Shown piece after piece: positions 12,291 to 25,369 of a stretch of 64,000 bases of DNA. Within the stretch, counting starts at the first letter, position 1; every line of letters begins with the position of its first letter. Origin of the DNA: Octopus sinensis (taxonomy: Eukaryota); NCBI RefSeq assembly GCF_006345805.1, contig NC_042998.1, positions 82,522,001 to 82,586,000 of the forward strand, written 5' to 3'. A program made the translations under genes and the position numbers. The notes under the pieces were generated by a model. It was not told where the DNA came from. It saw nothing but the letters and a program-made list of their open reading frames with translations, and did not search any database.

Positions 12291-13823
12291 ATTCATAATG
12301 GTAATTAATCTAAGGCGGCGAGCTGGCTAAGGCTTAGCCATATCACTGTTTTCTGTATTCAGAATCCTGCAGGCCTTAACGTCTCAATCAAAATATGCTT
12401 TTCGTCTTAAACATACTGGTGAAACAATAAAAATCGCAATGCTGACGAAAATATTTCGAACCTCCGGGAATGATTTCTTCATATCCATAACAAATAATGT
12501 CACAGAGTACTAGATACTTACACTGTTGCATCGATTCTTGCTAACAATGTTGAGTCTAACACATCCAAAATTCCTTATTCTATCATTTGAAAATAATTAA
12601 GTATATCAACACTGCTTTGATACTTCACTTCTGTTGATGATAACTATAAACCACATATATTGGCTCCATCAATTCCATCTGACAAGTCCAACAATTTATT
12701 TGGTTCACGAAGTTCAATATTTAGCATTGATTCCTATCCAAATTGATTGAAACCGCTATTCTAGTTTAAGTAGGAAGGTAGTGACCCTAGAGCAATGTTT
12801 ACTAAACGGCTTGTTCTAGAAACTATACAATAAATTAAATGATTTGCACTGGTTTCCGTACTTCCAAGCATCTTAGAACGCTATTGTATACATCCATACT
12901 ATAGTGAACATAATTTTTCTATCTTTAAACTGCATCAATAGTTCCGTCTGTGAAAATTATTGGCTACTTTCATATCATATTTCTCGTCAGGCACGACTGA
13001 TTGTGACATCAGTGACACCAATATTTCAGTAGACTGCAGGCACTCCAGTGCTGTTCTTATTGTATTGACAATAGTTGTATCGTAAACGTAGCTACTCTAA
13101 AAATAATCCGTAAATCAAAGGACTGTCAAATGAAGAGATATATTTCACTCTACTCAAAGTATACGCAACTTTCTCGCAGTAAAAAGAAGTTCGACAAACT
13201 TGTTCTTGCTTTTTTGTTAAATCTTTATTGAAAAAGTGCCATGTTTATTTCCCTGAGACAACCATTTCTTTGTAAAAAGGATCAAAACTATTATATGTAG
13301 AAAGAATACAAACCCGCGTTATATATTTAAAATTATAACTCTTTCTAACCTATCTTCTATTCCATATAGAAGCTGTGGAACGAGTCCAAGTACACCGCAT
13401 TATCAAACATATAACTCTGTAACAGCTCGCATTGTAAGACTACCTATCTGCTATACCAGAGTCCTTCTTATCGCACAAATTATTGGGTTAATGCATGTCC
13501 AAAATAGCGTCTACCACCAAATTGGGCCTTAGAATAAAAATGCATCAAATTTGTGAATGTAAATAGACATTTTAATATTTGATATTTACCTCATGCTCTA
13601 ACGGGTTTCAGTGGTAGACAAATCCTCATTCGCTATGGTTCCATAACATAACGAATAATGTTCTTAAATCTAGTATCTGTTTTATTTTCTGTTACGTAAA
13701 TTGAAATAGTCCAAATAAAAAAAAAGACTGATCTGTTTAACACACATAGAGTGTATTGAAATATAAAACATTTCTATTGGTTATCCAGTGCGACTTGTTT
13801 TTTACACAAATTTTATTTTGTAA

Positions 13824-13862
<39 letters not shown>

Positions 13863-15111
13863 TGATTATACACACTCTGGCAACAAATGAAGAAATTAGC
13901 ATTCTACTCCATTAACTTATATTTTCATTGGAATATCAAAGTAACCAGCCTGATAAATTGTTATTACTGCAATAGGTTATGGAGACTGAAAGGTTTATAT
14001 TTTTCTGTAACAACATTGCTGTTTTAATAACATAAAACGGAATTTATTATCGTGAAATGCATTAAAATGTCTATGAAATTTTAAATTGCACACACATAAT
14101 GGATTTAATTGCCTGGTTTAATAAACCTGGAGTTTAAAAAATATGAAGTACTCTTGTAAAATAAATAATTATTTTTGTTGGTCTTTAGACTAATTCTAAA
14201 CCAGAAGTTGTAGCATGTCGAAAAGCTTAACTGGTGAAATGGAGAAGAGAAAACCTGACGTTTCGAATTCCTGTCCTTCGATAGGGAGTGGAAGAATGCG
14301 AAGGAGTTGTTTATTTTGTCAGAACATCCCCAACCAATATACTAAACAAAAGAATTATATTTTGTAAGTGTAGATAGTGCAATTTGAAATTTAGCCTGGT
14401 TACTAAATGTAATATGGGTCATGGTTTATATATTTCCTCCTCTTTATTCACTTCTCTACAATGAATTTCGCAGTACATTTGAAGAAAACAGAACTATTAA
14501 CAGTAAAATATACTGTCTGTTTCCATAATGTATCCCAGAAATACAAACTACTTTACTAGTAAGGTTGGTTTTGCTGTGTTAGTGAAAAGATAAATTGATG
14601 AAGTTGAAGTATGAGTAGGTGTCTGCCTATAGATACTGCATAGTTAAAACATTTCGTATATTATAACTTCATTATTTTTACTATTTCAACACAGATTTAC
14701 TAATTGAACTTAGCATAAACCCCAGCACACTATACTGACTTTGAATCTTTTATACCGTATCAAGAAAAATGGATGCATGTTTTCAATGTGAAAATTAATT
14801 ATTGATTACAATCTAAGGAAATGAGGGCATGTGTTTTGCAACTATATTATCAAAATTTTTATTTTTATTTTTATTTTATTTTCAATTTCTTCGGATTCAA
14901 TGTATCTGAGCCACATGCTCTCTTCTTCAAATGTATATACTTTTATAAATACTCTGTGACACACGGAGATTTGTATTCTGTGGAAGATGTAATGGTAATC
15001 AAATGCGTGATATTCCCCTACTGATCATATACTTATGACATGCTCTGAAGTAGTCGGATATTATCTACACCAGTAATTTTTTGTTATGTAATTTGGTGCC
15101 TGTGATATATC

Positions 15112-15151
<40 letters not shown>

Positions 15152-15419
15152 TTTAAAAATTGAGGGAGATAAATTAATATTAATTTTAATATCAATTTAA
15201 AACCAGTAGTCCAGCATTCAAAAAATCTGAGGAGTCAGAGAAAATTCAAATATATGTGTATATTGGCAGGGCTGGCCTGCTAGGTAGCCGGCCAGAATGC
15301 TAGAAAAAGATCATCAACGATCAAACTAACAGGGAATTTCTCTAGAGGAAGAATTCAGCGAACACCAGAACCAACTTTGGCGGGCAGGACATATGAAAAA
15401 TTATATAAATAACAGACTT

Positions 15420-15497
15420 AAATGCATACCTCGGTTTCGGTCTTAACAAAAGAATTACTTGCATAATTCAAGTGTCCGTGACTTCATCAGTACATTC
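15420..15497 (-). ncRNA. type I hammerhead ribozyme, array copy 1
   Basis: reverse complement of gaatgta-CTGATGA-agtc...gacc-GAAA-ccgagg-TA-tgcattt. Confidence 0.8.
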
Positions 15498-15965
15498 GGT
15501 CCTCGTGATGCAAACCGCAAGACTAACCCCAGCTCTCTGTGTCAAGACAGACACGTGCTTAGTCTTACTGATTACATCGGGAATAAAATTTCAAATGCCT
15601 TGGCTCTGGCGCGCTGAGAGACTCCTGAAGCGAAGGGCTGCAGTGAATAATTCACTGCGGGTAGTGCTTACAACTAGGGAACGTATTTATTTAAATATTT
15701 AAAAATTGAGGGAGATAAATTAATATTAATTTTAATATCAATTTAAAACCAGTATTCCAGCATTCAAAAAATCTGAGGAGTCAGAGAAAATTCAAATATA
15801 TGTGCATATTGGCAGGGCTGGCCTGCTAGGTAGCCGGCCAGAATGCTAGAAAAAGATCATCAACGATCAAACTACAAGGGAAATTCTCTAGGGGAAGAAT
15901 TCAGCGAACACCAGAACCAACTTTGGCGGGCAGGACATATGAAAAATTAAATAAATAACAGACTT

Positions 15966-16043
15966 AAATGCATACCTCGGTTTCGGTCTTAACAAAAGAA
16001 TTACTTGCATAATTCAAGTGTCCGTGACTTCATCAGTACATTC
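15966..16043 (-). ncRNA. type I hammerhead ribozyme, array copy 2
   Basis: same motif as copy 1, 546 bp downstream. Confidence 0.8.
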
Positions 16044-16150
16044 GGTCCTCGTGATGCTAACAGCAAGACTAACCCCAGCTCTCTGTGTCAAGACAGACAC
16101 GTGCTTAGTCTTACTGATTACATAGTCTTGCGGTTTGCATCACGAGGACC

Positions 16151-16228
16151 GAATGTACTGATGAAGTCACGGACACTTGAATTATGCAAGTAATTCTTCT
16201 GTTAAGACCGAAACCGAGGTATGCATTT
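16151..16228 (+). ncRNA. type I hammerhead ribozyme, array copy 3
   Basis: stem I gaatgta/tgcattt; CTGATGA 16158-16164; GAAA 16210-16213; stem III ACC-ga-GGT; GUA cleavage triplet ending at 16221. Confidence 0.8.
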
Positions 16229-16696
16229 AAGTCTGTTATTTATTTAATTTTTCATATGTCCTGCCCGCCAAAGTTGGTTCTGGTGTTCGCTGAATTCTTC
16301 CTCTAGAGAATTTCCCTTGTAGTTTGATCGTTGATGATCTTTTTCTAGCATTCTGGCCGGCTACCTAGCAGGCCAGCCCTGCCAATATACACATATATTT
16401 GAATTTTCTCTGACTCCTCAGATTTTTTGAATGCTGGACTACTGGTTTTAAATTGATATTAAAATTAATATTAATTTATCTCCCTCAATTTTTAAATATT
16501 TAAATAAATCCGTTCCCTAGTTGTAAGCACTACCCGCAGTGAATTATTCACTGCAGCCCTTCGCTTCAGGAGTCTCTCAGCGCGCCAGAGCCAAGACATT
16601 TGAAATTGTATTCCCGATGTAATCAGTAAGACTAAGCACGTGTCTGTCTTGACACAGAGAGCTGGGGTTAGTCTTGCGGTTTGCATCACGAGGACC

Positions 16697-16773
16697 GAAT
16701 GTACTGATGAAGTCACGGACACTTGAATTATGCAAGTAATTCTTTTGTTAAGACCGAAACCGAGGTATGCATT
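16697..16773 (+). ncRNA. type I hammerhead ribozyme, array copy 4
   Basis: CTGATGA 16704-16710; GAAA 16756-16759; GUA ending at 16767. Confidence 0.8.
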
Positions 16774-17241
16774 AAGTCTGTTATTTATTTAATTTTTCAT
16801 ATGTCCTGCCCGCCAAAGTTGGTTCTGGTGTTCGCTGAATTCTTCCTCTAGAGAATTTCCCTTGTAGTTTGATCGTTGATGATCTTTTTCTAGCATTCTG
16901 GCCGGCTACCTAGCAGGCCAGCCCTGCCAATATACACATATATTTGAATTTTCTCTGACTCCTCAGATTTTTTGAATGCTGGACTACTGGTTTTAAATTG
17001 ATATTAAAATTAATATTAATTTATCTCCCTCAATTTTTAAATATTTAAATAAATCCGTTCCCTAGTTGTAAGCACTACCCGCAGTGAATTATTCACTGCA
17101 GCCCTTCGCTTCAGGAGTCTCTCAGCGCGCCAGAGCCAAGACATTTGAAATTGTATTCCCGATGTAATCAGTAAGACTAAGCACGTGTCTGTCTTGACAC
17201 AGAGAGCTGGGGTTAGTCTTGCGGTTTGCATCACGAGGACC

Positions 17242-17319
17242 GAATGTACTGATGAAGTCACGGACACTTGAATTATGCAAGTAATTCTTTTGTTAAGACC
17301 GAAACCGAGGTATGCATTT
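17242..17319 (+). ncRNA. type I hammerhead ribozyme, array copy 5
   Basis: CTGATGA 17249-17255; GAAA 17301-17304; GUA ending at 17312. Confidence 0.8.
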
Positions 17320-17475
17320 AAGTCTGTTATTTATTTAATTTTTCATATGTCCTGCCGGCCAAAGTTGGTTCTGGTGTTCGCTGAATTCTTCCTCTAGAGA
17401 ATTTCCCTTGTAGTTTGATCGTTGATGATCTTTTTCTAGCATTCTGGCCGGCTACCTAGCAGGCCAGCCCTGCCA

Positions 17476-17552
<77 letters not shown>

Positions 17553-17667
17553 CCTGCTCACTTAGCCAGCGGGGTGGCGTCCTTTGAAGGCTAAATCAAT
17601 ACGAAGCGCATTGTGACAAGCGATGTGTAGCAACATCTGATAACTTGGTTGGTCACGTGATCACGTG

Positions 17668-17723
<56 letters not shown>

Positions 17724-18315
17724 GGAAAAGGAAAAACAGAAAGCAAGGCATGACGCATATGTGAAGTCGTTTAGAATATTTAATTAGTGTAAGATGAATT
17801 TGCAGTAATTAATTTTTGTTATCCTTTTACCTCTAATATAATATATACCTGCTGACTCGGAGGCCTAACATAGATCCCTAGTTTCAGCCTCAGCTGTGAC
17901 TTGAAACTTAACGTCTGAATAATTATAGCACTTATACAGCGTACTTACTTGTTTAGATCATCAGTGAACCCCTCATATTCTTTTACTGCAAATGTTTTTC
18001 TTAAGCAGTGTCAATATTTACAATTCTGTAAATAATAATAATAGTATTTTATAAGCTTAAAGCTTATGGCAATCACGGTGCAATAACTAAAGAAAATAGT
18101 CTAATAATTGGGTATATAAGCCCTCAACAGAAAAAGTAGGTTTTCCCGTATATGTGGAACTCGAACCCTTTCCTCTTTGTTTATACGACTAAGTGTGGCA
18201 CCGATTACTCCAGCGAACCTACCTAAATTTTTCTGTCAGATTTAAGAACTATAATTAGTTCATAGTTGTTTTAGTGTGTGTGTGTGTGTATGTGAGAGGG
18301 AGAGAGAGAGAGAGA

Positions 18316-18347
<32 letters not shown>

Positions 18348-19179
18348 GAGAACACTTGCCCAACGTGCCACGCAGTGGGACTGATCTCGTACTATGAAGT
18401 TGGGAAGAAAGCTTTTTACCACACAAAACAACAGTATTTATTGTTGAATGAAAACAAATCATCTCGTATGAGAGTTATACAAAATCTAAGCAGAGTAAAC
18501 GTTACATTTGCTCAACTACTCTCTGTATGCTTTAATTAACTTCTATTTATATAGAAAAAAATAAAGTGTCGTCAAACATGATGTGTTTAAGTGCACTAAT
18601 TAATCCCAAAGTTATCAGTTCAAACTTTCTTATTCTTGTCTTTCATTATATAGTTGTTTTAACGATTGTAGAGAATTTGTAACAAATATTCGCTGCTTTA
18701 TTCGGCTGCTCAAATTAGATTACATACATACACACATACATATACACATACATACATACATACATACATACATACTACATACATACATACATACATACAT
18801 ACATACATACATGCAAAAATACCGTGTTGTTGATGTTTCAATTTCAATGAAGGAACGCTAGATCTAGGTTAGAAACCTTTTCTTTCTCTATTGGCAAAGA
18901 AATCTTGGAATAAACTGAATAATGACATACATTACTGGAGCAACTCATTTTTGCCAGCAATGTTGACTGGAGCAACGAGAAATATAATGTCTTGCGCAAG
19001 GAAACAGCGCACCGCTAGGAATCGAACTCACGAGCGATATACGATAGCCACATGCCTTCTCATACACACAAACACACATATGCACACACACATACATACA
19101 CACACACACATATATATAAAGGTATATAAAGGTATGTAGATATAGATGTACATACCCCCCACACACATACACATATATA

Positions 19180-19400
19180 TATATTCTTTTATTCTTTTAC
19201 TTGTTTCAGTCATTTGATTGCGGCCATGCTGGAGCACAGCCTTTTGTCGAACAAATAGATCTCAGAACTTCTTTGTAAGCCTAGTACTTACTCTATCGGT
19301 CTCTTTTGCCGAACCGCTGGTTACGGGGACTTAAACACATCAACATCGGTTGTCAAGTGATGATGTGGGACAAACACAGACACACAAACACACATTATAT

Positions 19401-19432
<32 letters not shown>

Positions 19433-19610
19433 CACATATATATATATACGACGGGCTTCTTTCAGTTTCCGTCTACCAAATCCACTCACAGCGCTTTGGT
19501 CGACCCGAGGCTATAGTAGAAGAAATTTGCCCAATGTGCCATGCAGTGGGACTGAGCCCGGTGGCATGGAATTGGAAAGCAAGGTTCTTGCCACACAGCC
19601 ACGCCTATAT
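19180..19610 (-). mobile_element. SINE family B copy
   Basis: reverse complement of the 8420-8830 element. Confidence 0.8.
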
Positions 19611-20374
19611 ACATATACATACACACATGCATAGATAAGTATTACGCATGTATGTATGCATTCATGTATGTACGTATGCATCCTTGTATGTATATATACA
19701 CGTGTATATATATACACGTGTAAGTTCTCTAAGTTGATCATCTCATTTCAGACATAATAATTCTATTAATAGTTCTTCAAGATAAAATTTCTCTCTTTGA
19801 TCTCGTAAAGAAAACTGTAAATTGCCTGACTACGTATTTAAAGGATATATACGTATGAATGTATGTAATTGGTGTGGGTGTAAGAGTATGTATATATATA
19901 TATGTATATATATATACTTGTATTGGTGTGTATAATTTATTGTAAATTATTTGATTTTTTCCTTATCTTTACTTCAGCTCAATAATTTTCTTCAACTCGT
20001 CTTTTGCTTCAGAAAAAAAAAATTGAAATGGAAATTAATTTAATATCTTAGACGAAAACAAACAAAAGTTGTTATGAGTTTAAATTAATAATATTTGTAA
20101 AAATATTTGTAATTCATACAAAATAAAACTTACTTTTGATTCAGCCAAATTCTATGTCTTTAGTATACCTATCATGAAAATTGATAACAAATATTTAAGT
20201 TATTTATCCTGAAGCTATGTACTTCAATCATAATAAAATCAAAAATATTTAACATAAAAAGTAAGGTTTATGGAAAAAGTTTGCTAGTTGTATTGATAGT
20301 TCCCATTTCCTATTCATATTTTCCGTTATAGCTAAGACAGTGAATGTAGAAATATAATTAGTCCTTAGAGCTAT

Positions 20375-20705
20375 GCGTGAAGGCGCATGTCTCCGTAGTT
20401 AGAGCGTCGAGCTAACGATCGTGAGGTGTTGAGTTCGAATCCCGGACTGGGCTGCGTGTTGTGTTCTTGAGCAAGACACTTCATTTCACGTTGCTCCAGT
20501 TCACTCAGCTGTAGAAATGAGTTGCGACGTCATAGGCGCCAAGCTGTATCGGCCTTTGCCTTACCCTTGGATAACACTGGTGTCGTGGAGAGGGGAGGCA
20601 GGTATGCTAGTATTTCATAAACAACCTTGCCGCCGGACTTGTGCCTGGTGGGGATAACTTTCTTGGTGTAATCCCATGCTCAGTCATGACCGAAGGGGGT
20701 CTCAG
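20375..20705 (+). mobile_element. tRNA-derived CORE-like SINE (family C)
   Basis: gtagttagagcgtcg A-box region, gagttcgaatccc B box, gtgttcttgagcaagacacttcatttcacgttgctccag CORE-like block. Confidence 0.85.
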
Positions 20706-20747
20706 AGCTATGCAGTCATGAAGTATTTCATGTTTTTTCAAAAGTCA

Positions 20748-20801
<54 letters not shown>

Positions 20802-20821
20802 CATCATCATCATCATTATTA

Positions 20822-22510
20822 TTCAATAGTTTTATTTTTATAGTGTGCTTTTACTTCACTACCGAGCGCAGTTCTGTGTTCCTTAAGTATGTGCTGGGGT
20901 TTGCCGTGATGCTCTTATGGTTACTGTATTGAAAGTGTTTTGCGTAGGATGTGTGCAGTGCCCAGTAGTGCAATTTTCTGTATGTTATATATATTTGTAA
21001 GTCTTGCTGTTTTTGTTATGCATTTGTCTGAATATTTTTTATCATACCTAATGCGCCTACTATGATAGGAATTGTTTCTGTTTTTAGATGCCACATTCGA
21101 GTTATCCCTATTTCCATGTCTTTGTATTTTGAAAGTTTCACCATTTCTTTTAGAGAAACATTGTCATCTGTTGGTATTGATTAATCAATTAGAAAGCACT
21201 TTTTTCTTCATGACCTCTGACATCTATATCTGGCCTGTTGGCCTTAATTTCTCTGTGTGTATTGGCATATCACAGATTATGGTTGCTTTCTCGTTTTCTG
21301 TGACCTTTTCTGGTGTGTGACTATACCATCTTTTTTCTGTTGTTCTTCTATAGCGTTGGCATAGCTTCCGGTGTATGTAGGTCCCAACTCTGTCGTGTCT
21401 GTGAATATATTCCTTCTCAGCTAGGGCTGGGCAACCAGAGATAATATGACTTATTGTTTCTTGTCCATCTCCACATATTCTGCAGTTACTTATTATGTTT
21501 CTTTTCATTGTATGTTTTTGGTAATTTCTGGTAGGGAGGCTTTGAGCTTGTGCTGCAATTAAAAATCCCCCTGTCTCTGTTTGAGTCCTGAGCTCTTCAA
21601 CCATTGCTGAGATTTTTCTCTGTCTATTTCTTTTGCATTTAGTTTAGCCCAGTTTTTGCCATGAAGGGGCTTTTCTTGCCGTCGTTTATAATAGTTTTCC
21701 AGCTGTATAAGGCCTCTACCGCCTTCAATACGTTGTACATATAGCCTTTCTATGTCAGATTTTGGGTGGTGCATCCTAGATCCTGTCATTATTTTTCTTG
21801 TTTTCCTGTATTTTGGTTAGTTCATTTAGTGTCCAGTTAAGGATATTGTAGTTGTAACTCATAACTGGAATGGCTAAAGTGTTAATATCTATTATCTTGT
21901 TTTTAGCATTGAGCTCTGTTTTTATTATTGATCTATCTCGTCTATTGTATTTTTCTTTATTTTCTCTTACATTTGCGTGTGTTGTATCATATCTAGTTCA
22001 TGGATTCCTAAATATTTGTATATCTGGCTTTGGTCTAATTCTCTTATTTCATTGGTTTTTTCTAATGTGATGTTGCTACTCTTATCTAATTTTCTCCTTT
22101 TCAGGGTTGCTTTGGCACATTTTTCTGATTCAAATTTCATATCTATTTCTTTGGTAAATCCATGTACAGTCTTTTGTAATGTTTTCAGCAGTTTATCATT
22201 TGTAACCTATAGTTTTAGGTCATCCATATGTAAAAAGGTGGCTGATATTTAGCCGTAACATTTATATCCGCATCCAGTTCTATTTAGCATGTCAGATAGA
22301 GCTGTCAATGCCAAGCAGAAAAGGAGTGGAGAGAGCGTGTCTCCCTCGAATATTCCTATTCTAATGGCGGATGGCTTTGGTTTTCGCGAGTCCCTCTTTT
22401 GTTTGGAGCTGTAGCACTGTCTGCCATTTATTCATGGAGTGTCTTATGTATTTTATAATTATTGGTGCTACCTTGTTTATGGCGAGGATGCACGTGTGGC
22501 TATCAAAAGC
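20822..22510 (-). mobile_element. R4/Dong-type RLE non-LTR retrotransposon, decayed, flanked both sides by (TAA)n
   Basis: MHHPKSDIERLYVQRIEGGRGLIQLE, QTETGGFLIAAQAQSLPTRNY, CRICGDGQETISHIISGCPALAEKEYIHRHDRV. Confidence 0.9.
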
Positions 22511-22526
22511 CTTATTATCATTATTA

Positions 22527-22597
<71 letters not shown>

Positions 22598-22825
22598 GCC
22601 TTTGCACAGCTTCTAACGCTGGAGATGTACTACAGTGTCAGCTGTTCACTACCAGTGAACTAAGGTAACACCTCTCACTTTTAGAGCACCTTCAGGCGTA
22701 TTCGACCGGTTCCAAGCAGTGCTGTTTTCTGTAAATGCTCCACCCTTATTACAGCCCTTATTCATTCCACGTACTTCTCGAGATTTTTGCTCACTGACTT
22801 TTACTATTATTATTATTATTATTAT

Positions 22826-22894
<69 letters not shown>

Positions 22895-23130
22895 CATTTA
22901 CTTCACTTCCAGTTATTTGTCGAATATCATCTTCGGTTCAGTTATCGACAAGCGATGACAGGTCTGTCTTCTGTCAGTTGTCTTCTTGTTTTGGTTTCAT
23001 GATGAATTCTAGGTGGAAATAGTACAACGTACTGTAAAATGTTTACTTGCTTAAGTGAAAGTTTAACAAAGAAAATTATGAGAAACGATTATCTCAGCGC
23101 ATTAGCCTTTATCAAAACGCGTGACTATCT

Positions 23131-23175
<45 letters not shown>

Positions 23176-23519
23176 CGACGACGACGATGACGACGACGAC
23201 TATAACGACGATTATAATGAAGACAACGATGATGTTGGCTATGAATATGATGATTGTTAAAGTAGAGTATGCTGATAAAAGCCAGAGACGATCGGTGATA
23301 TATTGCAGAGCAGACATAAAGCCCATACCAGTATGAGAGTAAAGTGGACATAATGATACTGAGGGAGAGTGGTATTGTTGATGTTGATGAAGATGATGAG
23401 GATGAAGTGTCTATTGATGATGATGATGAGGAGGAGGAGGAGGAGGAGGAGGAGGATTCTAATATGATTTCAGTCTTTAGACGTTGACTATCCAGCGGCA
23501 CAACCATAATGCACTGTCT

Positions 23520-23790
23520 ATTATTTGGATCTACTGAATTTGATGGGTATCGGTTTTACTTTTTAATACCCAAGGGGTGAAATAAGGCAGCAAGCCGGCA
23601 CAACCGCGCTAGAGAAAATGCTTGCCTGCATCTCTTCCGCGTTTACCTTCTGAGTTCAAATAACTTTACTTTTCAACTTTTCGGGGTCGATCAAATAAGT
23701 ACCAGTTGAACACTGGTGTTGATGTAATCGACTGGCCTCTTCGTCCGAAATTGCTGACTTTGGTCCAAAACATGAAACCAATATCAATGG
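23520..23790 (+). mobile_element. SINE family A copy
   Basis: ttctgagttcaaa...tttcggggtcgatcaaataagtaccagttgaacactggtg. Confidence 0.65.
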
Positions 23791-25369
23791 GATGGAAACT
23801 AACTGAATTTGTGCGAAATTCGAACCAAAACTGAAAATTAATTAAGCTAATACAAGATTTTTTTGTTCAACACTCATCTGATTCTATCTACTTCCATTAC
23901 TGATAATTACATCTTTGATTTAACTTTATCTTGCAGTTTCTTTTCGTATACATCCGTCTCTCTTCGGGGGATTATTTTTTGTTGAATGAAATTCTATTTT
24001 CGACATTACTAATGAAATATTTTTAATATTTTTTCTGGATTTTTATGATACATATTTTTCCGCAAATAACTAATATAACCAGCAATTAATAAATGCCACA
24101 GGTCACTGCTTGGTTTGCTTTCCAAGATATATTAATTAGAATACGTGATACAGAACTGATAAAAATATAACATAAAGAAAAACTATACAATAAAGAGAAT
24201 TAGTTTAGATATGATTAATTATAAGTGATTTCAGATGATTAATTTTCAGAGACGATTTAATCAAAGTTGGGAAAAATGGAAGAACAGAGAACCACAAGTT
24301 CTTTCATCTATTCTAGCACAGAAAACAAAATCATGTCAATGTATTAATAATGCTGAACATTATAAAATTATTTTAACAGTAGATCCCTAAAGTACTAATC
24401 CTATTATAGGTTTGTAGTTCGATTGATAATCGTCACACACTAAATAAAACCAAGACCAACTGTTTTCATAACAAATAAATTGTAAGAACATGAAAACCGA
24501 TTTTTTTCCCTACTTGTTAATATTGAACCTTGATAAATTGACGGTCTCAGCTGTATGGAAAACAACTTCAAAACAAGAAATGTGTAAATACTTCTAATAC
24601 GTTCCAGATGAAATAGCTGAAGAGAAAATGCAAACATTTTTCTTTTTTATATAAATTAATGAATAGAAATTTTTATTATTTTAAAAGAACGGTTTGGGCA
24701 TTCTTTGAGAAAGGGAACACGCTACAAATGTAATCAAATGAAGAACGTGAAAGAAAATTAAATTTGAATTTAAATAATCAATGAAAATTACGTTCAACAA
24801 ACATTTCCCAGAAGATTTCGGAGAAAATATCGAACTTATTGTTTCTGTAAGGATTTCCAAGAGATGTGTATATAACAGTAAAGTAAACATATATATATAT
24901 ATACATAGATATAGATACATACATACATTCATACATACATACATACATAAATATGTATATATTTTTGCATATTCATGTATATGGATGTATATGCATGCAT
25001 GTATGTAGTTATGTATGTATGTATGTATGTAATTAATATAAAAATATTGAGAAAAGTAATATGGACAAAACTAAAATGTTTGAAGAAGTGAAAGAAAAGT
25101 TTTCAGAAAATGATAATAGCTCATGAAATATTCAAAAGAAAAGATTCTAGAAGAAATCACGTTCTGTTTTCAAATCAAAGAGATGCCAATGCGAAATTTG
25201 AATAAAATAAATAAATGAAACCTCGAAAACATCAATAGGTTCAATCCTAGTTACTAAGCATGTCTCGGAAGACATTTTATAGACAGCTATAACGGCAATT
25301 TACATTATGTACATTTGACGGATCTTACATTTTTAAGCCCTAAAATTCACTTCAAAATTGCACACGGGT

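Larger units (their letters stand above)
15147..17484. mobile_element. ~545-bp-unit tandem plus inverted array (retrozyme-like / Penelope pseudo-LTR-like) inside (TA)n
   Basis: ~1.8 units in one orientation (15147-16123) joined to ~2.5 units in the other (16123-17484); periods 545-546 bp; copies differ at only a few positions; (TA)n on both flanks. Confidence 0.9.

Noticed and set aside
15640-15680. Hairpin followed 15 nt later by CTAG, like a Helitron 3' end
   Set aside because: CTAG is not followed by the expected T target, the array ends do not coincide with it, and the HHR explains the unit better.
15472-17267. Repeated 76-aa ORF MSVTSSVHSVLVMQ...
   Set aside because: GTG start, antisense to the ribozyme strand, no known motif; it recurs only because the unit is repeated.
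15147-17484. CRISPR-like or satellite interpretation; second ribozyme on the opposite strand (CTGAGGAgtcagaGAAA)
   Set aside because: No repeat-spacer structure; the opposite-strand motif has no stem II pairing or NUH site.
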